From the NCBI GenBank assembly GCA_963701185.1, contig OY969569.1, positions 549,486 to 613,485 on the forward strand: DNA of 64,000 nt, given 5' to 3'. The first letter of the stretch is position 1, and every line of letters starts with the position of its first letter. The position numbers were made by a program, and so were the translations under genes. Below are positions 48,627-59,200 of the stretch, piece after piece. The DNA is from Candidatus Gottesmanbacteria bacterium. GTDB taxonomy: Bacteria > Patescibacteriota > Microgenomatia > UBA10105 > UBA927. Under the pieces are notes generated by a model. That model made no database searches. It had not been told where the DNA came from and worked only from the letters and a program-made list of their open reading frames with translations.

Positions 48627-49612
48627 ATATTCTGTTTTTATCCCGGAAACGATCACAAGATATCGGTGGATTAAGCCGGTTTATCCTGGAGCTTACCCGC
48701 TATTTTCCCGACACCGACTGGCGGCGCCACATTGATTGTATTCACACGACAGACGCGACACTCATGCTGTTGGGCGTCTTTCTCAAACTATTATTCCGGG
48801 CTCCTCTTACGGTTACCGCCCACGGCAAAGATATAACGTGGCCCAACGCGATCTATCAAAAGATATTCTTCCTCTGCAGTCCATTTGTCAACGCGTGGGT
48901 CGTTGACAGCGAAGCTGCAGCTACTTTGCTCAAACGAAAGGGCGCCAAAAACATTCACATTATCGCGCCCGGCATCTCTGTCAATCACATAAAACAACAT
49001 ACACCGCTTGCACGTCCTGCATTTGACGGGAAAACGATACTGACAACTGTCGGAAACCTCGTTCTCCGCAAGGGTCATGTGTGGTTTATCCGACATGTTC
49101 TTACAAAACTCCCGTCACGCTTCATATATATAATAGTCGGAGCGGGAAAAGAGGCAAAACGCATCCATGAGGCGAGTGTACAAAAACGTGTACACCAGCG
49201 TGTTTTTTGTTTAGGGCAGCTGGACAACGGATACCTTGCATGGCTTTTTACCCGCGCACATATTTACGTCGCTCCGAATCAGCACGTTCCGGGTGATTTT
49301 GAAGGATTTGGCATCGCGGCCGGTGAGGCAGCGGCCATGGGACTTCCGGTGCTGGCAAGTCGTATTGACGGCCTCCCTGCGGTTATTCATCACAACAAAA
49401 ACGGGCTGCTCGTCCAAACAACACCGAACGCGTGGGCTCGCGCCATTCTGTCTATGGAATCCCCCAACGCACGCACCGCCTTAGGAGCAAAAGCACGAAG
49501 ATATACAAGGGTACACTTTTCCTGGAAAAAAACGGTCAGAGAGTATTCCGACCTCTTCCGAGAAGCCGCCGGTAAAAGGAAATTGTCCCCGAAGCGGTTT
49601 TTTCCCACGTAA
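48623..49612 (+). CDS. Family 1 (GT4-like) glycosyltransferase.
   Basis: C-terminal EGFGIAAGEAAAMGLPVLASRIDG (E-x7-E GT4 motif). Confidence 0.75.
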   Translation: MNILFLSRKRSQDIGGLSRFILELTRYFPDTDWRRHIDCIHTTDATLMLLGVFLKLLFRAPLTVTAHGKDITWPNAIYQKIFFLCSPFVNAWVVDSEAAATLLKRKGAKNIHIIAPGISVNHIKQHTPLARPAFDGKTILTTVGNLVLRKGHVWFIRHVLTKLPSRFIYIIVGAGKEAKRIHEASVQKRVHQRVFCLGQLDNGYLAWLFTRAHIYVAPNQHVPGDFEGFGIAAGEAAAMGLPVLASRIDGLPAVIHHNKNGLLVQTTPNAWARAILSMESPNARTALGAKARRYTRVHFSWKKTVREYSDLFREAAGKRKLSPKRFFPT

Positions 49613-50672
49613 GCAGACGGGCCTTTTGGCGGCTTACTTCACCAAATTTTGTCCGGTTTTTAAGCGAGTTTTCAATCTTTTTCGCCAACTCGTGAGGGTC
49701 CGTGGGTTCAACGATGTACCCATTCTCCCCATCTTTCAAAATATGAGGGTCTGCTGCGTCCGGCGAAAGTAACAGTGCCAAACCGTAAGCTGCAGCTTCA
49801 TGTGCGGCGAGAGCGACCCCCCCTTCGGCGACTGACGGAAGCACAAAAATATCGGCTGCAGAGAAATACGGCGAGGCGTCTTCAATAAATCCAAGAAACC
49901 GGGCGTTTGACGGCGCAATGGATTCCAAAATTTTCCGCTCTTTCCCTTGTCCGATAATAACCCCTGCAACATGTTTACGTTTTTTTTGAAGAAAAGCAAG
50001 TGCATGCAGAATCGTGTCGACATGTTTACGGGCAACCAGACGCCCTACGTAAAGAATCACTGCCGGTCTCCCGGGTATGGCGGGCCTGTTGCGACGCTGT
50101 TTTCGAACCCGGGGCGCAGCCAAAGGAACGACAGACATTGCTTGACCCGCGAGTGTATAGCGTTTGACAACATATTGCTTTTCACTTTCCGTATGGAACA
50201 GAAGCCCGTCGGCATGGTGAAAAATAAATGACTCCGCCATAATAAGAGGTTGATATATCGATCGTTTTATCGGCGGCGCGTACTGCGCCATTTGGTCCCA
50301 CGTATTATGTACGGAAACCACTATCCGACCGATATTTTTCGGACGAAAAAGAAGAAAAAATAGTGCGGTGAGTTGATTCGCATGTAGTATATCAAATTGT
50401 TTAGTATGATATCGTACTATAAAGTAAACATACTCTAAAAATCCTAATAACAGCTGGTTGCCAAAACAAAATGGCACCAGGTGAATGCTGACCCGCCGAA
50501 CTGATTTCCAGTAGTGCTTCCGATTGCCCCGTTGCTCCGCAAGCACGGTGACGTTCATCCCTTCCCGGGCCAAATTGGTCACTAATTCCTTCCCCCACAC
50601 CCCCTGTCCGCCGATAAATGACGGATAAAAGTCTTCCGTAGCAAACAGTACCCGCAGCGCGTTTTTTTTCAC
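49536..50672 (-). CDS. Family 1 (GT4-like) glycosyltransferase.
   Basis: LFATEDFYPSFIGGQGVWGKEL N-terminus. C-terminal SVAEGGVALAAHEAAAYGLALL and NGYIVEP. Confidence 0.75.
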   Translation of the reverse strand: MKKNALRVLFATEDFYPSFIGGQGVWGKELVTNLAREGMNVTVLAEQRGNRKHYWKSVRRVSIHLVPFCFGNQLLLGFLEYVYFIVRYHTKQFDILHANQLTALFFLLFRPKNIGRIVVSVHNTWDQMAQYAPPIKRSIYQPLIMAESFIFHHADGLLFHTESEKQYVVKRYTLAGQAMSVVPLAAPRVRKQRRNRPAIPGRPAVILYVGRLVARKHVDTILHALAFLQKKRKHVAGVIIGQGKERKILESIAPSNARFLGFIEDASPYFSAADIFVLPSVAEGGVALAAHEAAAYGLALLLSPDAADPHILKDGENGYIVEPTDPHELAKKIENSLKNRTKFGEVSRQKARLLTWEKTASGTISFYRRLLGRGRNTL

Positions 50673-50704
50673 ACCGCTAGTGTACCATATGGTATACTTC
50701 GCCC

Positions 50705-51370
50705 ATGACTGGGTACCGTTTCACTGAACACATAAAAGGGTATGCCTTGGGCGCGACGCTTCAACCCTGGAGGCCGCAATTTACCACAATCATCTCATGG
50801 GTGCCGGAAGGATCACGTGTACTTGACATCGGCTGCGGCGACGGCGTTTTGGGTGTAAAACTCATCCGGGAAAAAAACTGCCGCGTGTGGGGATTTGACC
50901 TGGATCCGACCGGTGTAGCGGAGGCAAAGCGTAAGGGGGTCCATGCCGTCACTCACGATGCCAACATGTCATTTCCCTACAAAGCCCGGCAGTTTGATAT
51001 CGTCATCTGCAACGAACTGTTGGAATTTGTTTCCGACCCGAATCTGGTCGTCTCCGAAGCCCTGCGGGTTTCCAAAAAAACGGTCATCATGGAGTTTCCG
51101 AATTTCGGATTTTGGTTGTACCGGCTGGAGCTGCTTTTGGGCCGATTCCCGCGGCTTGCCCTCTACGGCCACCGGTGGTGGAACACCCGGCAGATAAAAT
51201 TTTTCAGCTACCATGATTTCCTTTCATTGCCGGTCATGAAAAAAGCATACGTGTCCCGTATTGCCGGCATAGACTGGCGCAACCGCCGTGTAAGTTGGTT
51301 TGCTTCCCGCTTCCCGAATTTTTTTGCCCGCAGCGTCCTTATCATACTGGAGAAAAATACCCGCCTGTGA
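50705..51370 (+). CDS. Class I SAM-dependent methyltransferase.
   Basis: VLDIGCGDGVLG motif I and the DIVICNELLEFV motif II/III region. Confidence 0.7.
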   Translation: MTGYRFTEHIKGYALGATLQPWRPQFTTIISWVPEGSRVLDIGCGDGVLGVKLIREKNCRVWGFDLDPTGVAEAKRKGVHAVTHDANMSFPYKARQFDIVICNELLEFVSDPNLVVSEALRVSKKTVIMEFPNFGFWLYRLELLLGRFPRLALYGHRWWNTRQIKFFSYHDFLSLPVMKKAYVSRIAGIDWRNRRVSWFASRFPNFFARSVLIILEKNTRL

Positions 51371-52038
51371 CGACAACGATTCTTATTATCGCCAAAAACG
51401 AATCGCGGGGCATCAGGCACATCATCCGGTCGGTGAAACCATACGCGGATGAAATTATTGTCGTTGACGGCCGTTCCACCGATGCCACGGCAACGCTCGC
51501 TCAAAAAGAAACCGGTATTGTGCTCTCCGATCATGGGAAAGGCCGCGGCGACGGCGTAAAAACGGGACTGGCGGCGGCATCGGGAGATATTGTCGTCCTT
51601 TTTGATGCAGACGGATCGCATAATCCGAAAGATATCCCGACACTGACCGCACCCATCAGGCACGGAAAAGCGGATATTGTCATCGGATCGCGCCGCACAG
51701 GAGGAACGCTTGATACAAATAAAGGAGTGGACAGCCTCATCCGCTCTCTGGGAGCCGACATATTTGCCTATCTGGTGAATCGCCGGTTCGATACGCAATT
51801 CACTGATATCCTGTTCAGCTTCCGTGCAGTCCGGCGGCCCGTCGTACCTATTCTGCGTCTTACCGCCGACACATTCGCCATAGAACAGGAAATGGTCATC
51901 TCAGCACTGCGCCATCGCCTTCGGGTCCGGGAAATACCCATGAGGGAATTTGCACGTGCGTGGGGCAGCTCAAAACTGGCGACAAAAACAGGTATTGGGC
52001 TTCTCGTTACACTTCTGTGGCAGTTATGGGGACCGTGA
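51367..52038 (+). CDS. Family 2 glycosyltransferase.
   Basis: ILIIAKNESRGI, IIVVDGRSTDAT, and VLFDADGSHNP (DxD) blocks. GTG start overlapping the upstream stop (GTGA). Confidence 0.75.
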   Translation: MTTTILIIAKNESRGIRHIIRSVKPYADEIIVVDGRSTDATATLAQKETGIVLSDHGKGRGDGVKTGLAAASGDIVVLFDADGSHNPKDIPTLTAPIRHGKADIVIGSRRTGGTLDTNKGVDSLIRSLGADIFAYLVNRRFDTQFTDILFSFRAVRRPVVPILRLTADTFAIEQEMVISALRHRLRVREIPMREFARAWGSSKLATKTGIGLLVTLLWQLWGP

Positions 52039-53548
52039 CAGATCGTAAAGATATAAATCCGCGTTATCACTGTGCACCGCATCCTTCATGGCCCCCATAC
52101 GGGTAAGCTGTCCGAGAAAATATTTTTCTTCGTCCACCGGTCCCCAGTTGTAGACGTGAGAAAATAATACCCACACGCGGGGGTTTCCCCGTAATTTTGC
52201 AAGATCTTGTGCATACGCAGAGAGATCTGTCGTCCGGGAAATCCCGACAACATACTCTGATGGTTGTATCCCATACCGGTCAGAGTAATAGGAAAACGCA
52301 TAGGCGCTGGCATAATACAAATACAACGTATCACCGGTTTTCCGGTGCGTTTGGTAATAGGAAAGAAGCGGGGTAATAACCTCAAACCGTTCCGGATGCT
52401 GTAATCTGTAGAAACCCAGGTAGGATGTATTGATGACGAGTCCTGCCACAAGCAGCGCGCTTACCACACGCATGCTTACCCACGGACCATGCCATGCCCA
52501 CACGCCGATCTGCCACAATCCGTACGTCATAAGAAGGATCAGTCCCGGGGAAAAAAACAGCAAAAAACGTCCGGAAAAAGGATAGTAGTGCAGTGCTGAT
52601 GCAACAAACGCCAGAAAAAGCGGCAGAAATAACAGAACCAGCAGTTTTGGTTTGGTGCGGGAAAGATACCACGCGCCCACCGTCACGCTCACGACCCCGA
52701 TCGGCCAAAAATCGATGCCTCCGGGCCGGCGGAAAAATTGTACCACGGTATCCGCATACCACGCCCAGTCCGCAACCGACCGGATGGGAAACGGGGCATA
52801 AAAATCTGTCCAAACGTCCCGGTAGCGTCCGTAGTAGGCGCCCAGGGTGATGCCGCTTTGAACAAGAAAGCTTATCAGCCATCCCATACTTATCCCTACC
52901 CACACAAAAAACAGACGTCCGTTTCTCTTTGTCAGACTGTCTATCATTCCGACTATTCCGATTGCCGCTAATATAAAGACGATCGCCTGCGAAAACCACA
53001 GGCCCGACTATCCCCAACATACCTATGGTCGCAAGCATACGGCCCGTTGGTTTGTGGGTAGTGATAAATATCCGAACAGACAGCAAGGTAAGAAATACCC
53101 CGACGGTCATATCCAACGCGTACGGTTTCACTTCAGATGCATAATAGATAAGAGGCGCTGAAAAAACAAAAAGCAGCAGCGCCATATGCGCAAACGCCAC
53201 CGGCAGGACATCAAGGGCCAAAGCCGCCATCCCTCCCAGCGACACAAAACTGACAACGAGCGGAAATGCACGTAAGACAAACTCATCTTTCCCCGCGAGC
53301 GTTACCAGAAGTTTCTCAATGATAAGAAACCCGATCGGCGCCTGCTGTTCATACTCCAGGGGAGCAAAAAGGCCGCTGAATGATCGTGTGAGAATGTTCA
53401 TCGTCAGCATAGCCTCATCAAGCCATAACGGACGATGGGAAAGATACTGGGAGAACCGGAGAAGAATTCCCGTCACAATAAGTATCCACAGAAGTTCTGC
53501 GGGGTGTTTTCGCATAAAATTACTGTAGACCTTCAACCTGAATGACAT
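52024..53548 (-). CDS. Polytopic GT-C type glycosyltransferase (GT39 / PMT- or ArnT-like), split by a frameshift near 52990.
   Basis: The N-terminal ORF (53548 down to about 52995) has 5-6 TM helices and becomes low-complexity nonsense after about 190 aa. The in-frame hydrophobic continuation FSQAIVFILAAIGIVGMIDSL joins the second ORF. The switch is at GTGGTTTTCGCAGG. Confidence 0.55.
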
Positions 53549-55602
53549 GTATTAATTTTGCACAACCGGTATGTGTTATGTCCCAAAACCGTACTGTGTC
53601 GCCTGCCGTACCGGGAAATGAAAGCGTGGCTGATACATCGGAAGATTGAGAAATCCACGGAATCATATAGGTTTCATTTTTCCCGTCGCCGATACTCCAG
53701 ACGAGGTTTTGTTGAGTAATACACCGGATATCGTCTGCCGATACGGAAACATTCAGTATCCGAAGGGCATTGGGAATACGAACGTCCACCCGATCGGTCC
53801 CGCGAAATACTGACGTCTTCGCACGCAGTACGTCTGTTCCGATCGTTTGCCGCGTACCCGTCATCTTTGTGTGCGTACTGTCATTTTTCCAAATTTTGGC
53901 GATCACGACGCCGTCCACTTTCACCTCGTACACCGGCTTAACAAACGTTTCCAGATAGTTATAGGGAAAAACTGCCGGCGGTTTAGGATAGACAATGGAA
54001 GCGATGTATTCCCCTTTCCCGTCAAATCCGGAAAAATACGACCCTATCCGTATGTCCGGCCGAAGCCAGGTCGGCGAAAGAGCAAGCATCGTGCCATCCA
54101 GATGTGCCAAACGTGCATCTTTTTGGGCATGGGCATCCATCCATGACGCAAGCTCCCGGTATGGCGCATCATAAAGCGTTTCCCACGTATACAATCCGAC
54201 GGATTGGGCCCCTTTGAGACCTCCGATAAACGAATTGAAATAGAGGTGTTCATAGGGATGCAGCCGGACCAGCAGCACCACGTGCACGAGGATAAACATG
54301 CCAAAAAATATTCCGTAGAAGATACGCTTTCTTACGCGCTTCAGTATCCATGCACTCCCCGCCCCGACCAATACGGCAAATGCGGGGAGAAACTCCATAA
54401 AATGTCTGATCGATCCGAATACTTCGGAGGTCTGCCAAATAACGCGAATGAAAGGCACAATAAACCAAAGAGCGATAAGCAACCCCGTCGCATTTTTCGC
54501 GGTATATTTTTCTGAATATCAATCCGACGGCTCCTAGAGATGCCAATATCAGCATAATTGGCGGCGACATGGAAAAGAAAAAAAGCACGGCCTTGGCGTC
54601 AAACCCGCCGAAGAGCGGGGTCGGAGACGGCTGTTGTACCCGCAGATCCCGTACGGCAAGCGTTGCATAATAACTGAAGGTATTCAGAAGTTTATATACT
54701 GTTTGTGTCCAATAAAACGGATATGCAAGAATAAGGAGGATAAACGGGATGATGACGCAAAGGACGCCATACAGAATTAATTTTCGGAACGTAAAACGCG
54801 TATGTAATTCAGACGTATACCATATCCATATGGTCCACGGTACCAATGCAATCGGCGCAAATAGAATATTCCATTTTGTCCCCAATGCCATAAAGACCGA
54901 AAGTATGCACAACACGAGCCAATCGACGGACAACCGTCTGGTGACGGTAAAATACCAGGAAACTACTGCCATCGTGTAAAATCCCATCTGCACCGGATCT
55001 TTGATATTAAAATGGCTCTCCGCAAATATCACGGGATACATTGCCAGAGATACGACCGCTATGATTGCGGCAAATCGTCCAAAAGCATCCTCAACGAACA
55101 GATAGACGAATACCAATGATAGTGCAACGACGATAAGAGAATATACCTGATATCCGTCCACGTCCGACAGAACGCCGAGCCATTCATATGTCACCCGGTT
55201 GACCGCCGCCATAAGCATGTCGGATACGGCAGGATGTCCCTGATTTTCCGTAAGCTCCCATATGTTTGCTGTCCACGCATCGTTCTTATAGATGCTGATG
55301 CGGCGGCCTGCGGCAGTTTCTTTATTTTGATATGGAGAGATTTGCACGACAGGAGAAAAGAGTTCTTCTGACGCATTCGGCTTATAGACAGAAATCCGCT
55401 GCCCGGGGGTAAACATGACCGGAGAACGGGCGGCAGGGATACCAAACTGTCCGGACCTCCCCAGGATACGCTCCAAAAAATATTGCCCGCGCAAAAAATG
55501 GAACGGGCTGTCCTCATGCATGCCGTAGTGGGACATGGTTCCCACACCAACAATAAAGAAGGCTCCGGCGAGAATCCATGGAAGAAATTTCTTCATAAAC
55601 AC
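53520..55602 (-). CDS. Second polytopic GT-C (GT39/PMT-like) glycosyltransferase with a large C-terminal extracytoplasmic domain, split by a frameshift near 54480-54540.
   Basis: The N-terminal ORF has more than 9 TM helices and DE-containing first-loop motifs, and its tail after GLIFRKIYRE is nonsense. The second ORF continues in frame upstream of its TTG (KNATGLLIALWFIVPF). The switch is at AAAAATGCGACGGGG. Confidence 0.55.
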
Positions 55603-55662
55603 GTATAGACTATAACAAATTTTGGTACAAATTTGTAAAAACTATGAAACCCAGCCTCATGT

Positions 55663-56283
55663 CTATGGACCGCCGGCAGATAGCGTGGCTGACGCTGAAG
55701 CTTCCACGGTTACGGTCGGGACCAGTGTGGGGATGGCGGACGACGTTGCGGTTACGCCAAGGATATCCGAGACCGGTGGTACAAGAAGAGTCGACGTCGA
55801 ACCGGTTCCGTCTATACTCTTCCCCACAATCGTCCTCCCGCCGGAAACCGTCAGGGCAAACCAGTTGTATGTCAAATCCCGCGGCACCGGACCGTTAAGG
55901 ACTATGCTAAAGCCGCTGGTTGTGACATTGGTTACGGCGGCCTGCACGCCCTCGGCAAGAAATGCGCTGTTTGAAGCTTGCGGCAACACCAACGTAATGG
56001 TGACAATAGGCGGTGTATCAAAGGAACGTTCAAACGGTACGTCGACACTCATGGTGGACTTCGGAATGACCGCAATACCAGCCGAGTCTGAACCTACCGT
56101 CACGTGTCCCTGGAATATGACATCACTCAATACTTTCAGCACACCGTTGACGGTTACCTGCCCCTGAACAATAAGATCCTGTACAAATGTCGCAATCGCA
56201 TTAACAACAAACGGCCCGTTAAATGTGCTTGCTCCGGAGGCCACTATGTCGCCCGTAACTGCAAGTCCACGGGTGGTAAACAA
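55663..56283 (-). CDS. Probable frameshifted C-terminal continuation of the collagen-like giant protein (beta-helix-like repeats), or a separate small paralog.
   Basis: It overlaps the giant ORF's last 40 nt in another frame. The [23 protein letters not shown] / [10 protein letters not shown] segments resemble the giant protein's C-terminal [27 protein letters not shown] units. Confidence 0.45.
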   Translation of the reverse strand: MFTTRGLAVTGDIVASGASTFNGPFVVNAIATFVQDLIVQGQVTVNGVLKVLSDVIFQGHVTVGSDSAGIAVIPKSTMSVDVPFERSFDTPPIVTITLVLPQASNSAFLAEGVQAAVTNVTTSGFSIVLNGPVPRDLTYNWFALTVSGGRTIVGKSIDGTGSTSTLLVPPVSDILGVTATSSAIPTLVPTVTVEASASATLSAGGP

Positions 56284-59200
56284 GATCCGACATGTTGGGC
56301 ACTTGCCGTCGCAAGCGTACTATATAATGCAGACAGATTTGAAAGTGTGTCGGAATAGATTTCAAGTCCTTCAATCTTGTTGGCCCGGATGCTATCCGCT
56401 GTCACCATCCCTTTAAATACGGCGTTCCCTGAACTATCAACGGTAAAGATATCCGCTCCCGCATTTCCTTTCACCGCCAACAATCCGTTCTCCGGCGCCA
56501 GTTCAATGGTAAGCGCATTGTTGATAGGCCGAATGACGTTAAGTCCCACCGTATTGATTTTCGCTTGCTGGGATTCTATAAACCCGGCCTTTAAGTTTGC
56601 GATGACGCTTTGCGCCCACGCAGAAACAGCGCTCACGGGAGACCCTGTCTCTGTCTTTGCCTGATACGTGGTAAAGTAATCGACATTTGCATCCGGATAG
56701 AGGAGCACTTTGTTTAACATGTCCCCGGTAAGGTCACCTTGACTGGCCAGCTCATACCAATCGGTTTGAACTCTGGCAAGCACCATACCCACGTCTGCGG
56801 GAAGCGATTGCTGCGGCGCATCAGGGTCCCGCGTTTCCACTCCGGTCCACGGTTCCAGGGCCCAGCCGACAATCCTGCCCGTGGTCGTGGCTCTTGCGGC
56901 TATCCCGGACACTGAAGATATTGTCAAAGGATCGCCCGGCGAAACGGGACCATTTTCAAGGGATGTTTTCACCCACACCTGACCGAGCATACCGACGTCT
57001 GCATACCGCGGGTCGCCTTTTTTCGTTAACTCTTCCCACCCTTGCTGTACATAATCATTAAATCCTGTCCCGCGGGTGGTCACAACACCCAACATCCAAT
57101 CTCTGGAATTTGCATCCGCTTTTGTTACTTTGTACGTTGAAGAGCGGGATACCATCATGACATCGCCGGGCTCGCTTCCTCCGACGGGATCCTGATCGAA
57201 ATATTCTGAATAGTCAGCCCAGCTGTTGACTCCCGACTTAAATGTGTATGAATTGGAGCCGCTGCGTATCCAAATACGGCCGCTGGTTGCGGCGGTACCG
57301 ACGTTCCCCAGTTTCAACTCTCCGCTTACCACGTTTGTGGCAGCAGGTGCCGCACCGTTATTATCAAAAAAGACCACGTGCGTATCCGCCACGGTGTTAC
57401 CGAGGTTAATGGTGGTTGCGTTGGCACCTGTTGCCGTTCCAGTACCAATATTGACCGTCACGATACCGCTTGCAGGACTACCGGTACCGATATTAAGTGT
57501 ATTTGCGACATTTCCTGTACCAATGGAAATGATTTTGGCGTTAGCGCCAGTGCCAATCGAGAGCGCACCTGTTCCGTTGGTATCAATAGAAAGAGTCTCA
57601 TTGGCATCCGCGGTCGTGATGGTGGCACCGGCATCTCCTGCATAACCCAAAGTCAGATCATCGGTATAGAGATCTGTTGCAATAGCTGCATCCTGATAGA
57701 GATACGTTCCACCGTCAATCCAATAATTTACACCGCTACCGGTAGCTCCAGTGGGGCCGGCGGGTCCGGCCGTTCCCGTAGCGCCGGTTGATCCTGATGG
57801 ACCGGTAGCCCCGGCCGTTCCCGTGGCTCCTGTTGCACCTGTGGGGCCGGTAACTGCCGCACCCTGATTTCCCGTGGCTCCGGTAGAGCCTGTGGGACCA
57901 CCTGTTCCGGCTGATCCGGTTGCTCCGGTAGAGCCTGTGGGACCAAAGTTTTGTCCGGTTGGACCGGTAGCGCCGGTGGGACCATTGGCCCCTACACCTC
58001 CACCTGTTCCAGTGGCTCCGGTTGCACCTGTGGGGCCGGAAGAACCGACACCGCCTTGTGTTCCTGTCGCGCCGGTTGCGCCTGTGGGGCCGGAAGAACC
58101 GACACCGCCTTGTGTTCCTGTCGCGCCGGTTGCACCTGTGGGGCCGGAAGAACCGACACCGCCTTGTGTTCCTGTCGCGCCGGTTGCGCCTGTGGGGCCG
58201 GATCCGCCTGCGGTTCCCTGGGTTCCCGTGGCTCCGGTTGCGCCTGTGGGGCCGGATCCGCCTGCGGTTCCCTGGGTTCCCGTGGCTCCGGTTGCGCCTG
58301 TGGGGCCGGAAGAACCGACACCGCCTTGTGTTCCTGTCGCGCCGGTTGAACCGGTGGGACCGGAGGATCCCGCGGTTCCCTGGGTTCCCGTGGCTCCGGT
58401 TGCGCCTGTAGGACCGGATCCGCCTGCAGTTCCCTGCGTTCCCGTGGCTCCGGTATTACCTGTGGGACCCGATCCTCCCGCTGTTCCCTGAGTGCCCGTG
58501 GCTCCGGTATTACCTGTGGGACCGCCTGCTCCGCCTGTACCGGCTGATCCGGTGGCTCCGGTGGCTCCGGTTGAACCACTAGGACCAGTCGCACCTGCAG
58601 CTCCGCCTTGTGAACCGGTTGGACCGGTTGCGCCGGTTGGACCGCCTACACCATTTGCACCTGTGGAACCCGTTGGGCCATTAGTTCCTGTGCCTCCGGT
58701 TGAACCGGTGGGGCCACCTGCTCCGCCGCTTCCGGCAGTTCCCGTGCCTCCCGTTGAGCCTGTGGGACCGGATCCTCCGGCTGTTCCTTGAGTACCCGTG
58801 GCGCCGGTTGACCCTGTGGGACCGGATCCTCCGGCTGTTCCCTGAGTACCCGTGGCGCCGGTTGAACCGGTGGGGCCACCTGCTCCGCCGCTTCCGGCAG
58901 TTCCCGTGCCTCCCGTTGAGCCTGTGGGACCGGATCCTCCGGCTGTTCCTTGAGTACCCGTGGCGCCGGTTGACCCTGTGGGACCACCTGCGCCCGCTCC
59001 ACCTGCATTACCTGTGGCACCAGTTGAACCTGTGGGACCGTTACCGCCGGTGGCGCCTGTTGAGCCTGTGCGTCCTGTTGGGCCATTGGCACCTGCTGAT
59101 CCCGTGGCGCCGGTTGAACCGGTGGGACCGGAAATTCCGGCAACTCCCGAGGCACCGGTTGCACCTGTGGGACCGGATCCTCCGGCTGTTCCCTGAGTAC

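Noticed and set aside
55622-56167. 181-aa plus-strand ORF.
   Set aside because: Antisense to the minus-strand ORF 55663-56283 (the probable continuation of the collagen-like protein). Ala/Val/Thr shadow composition.
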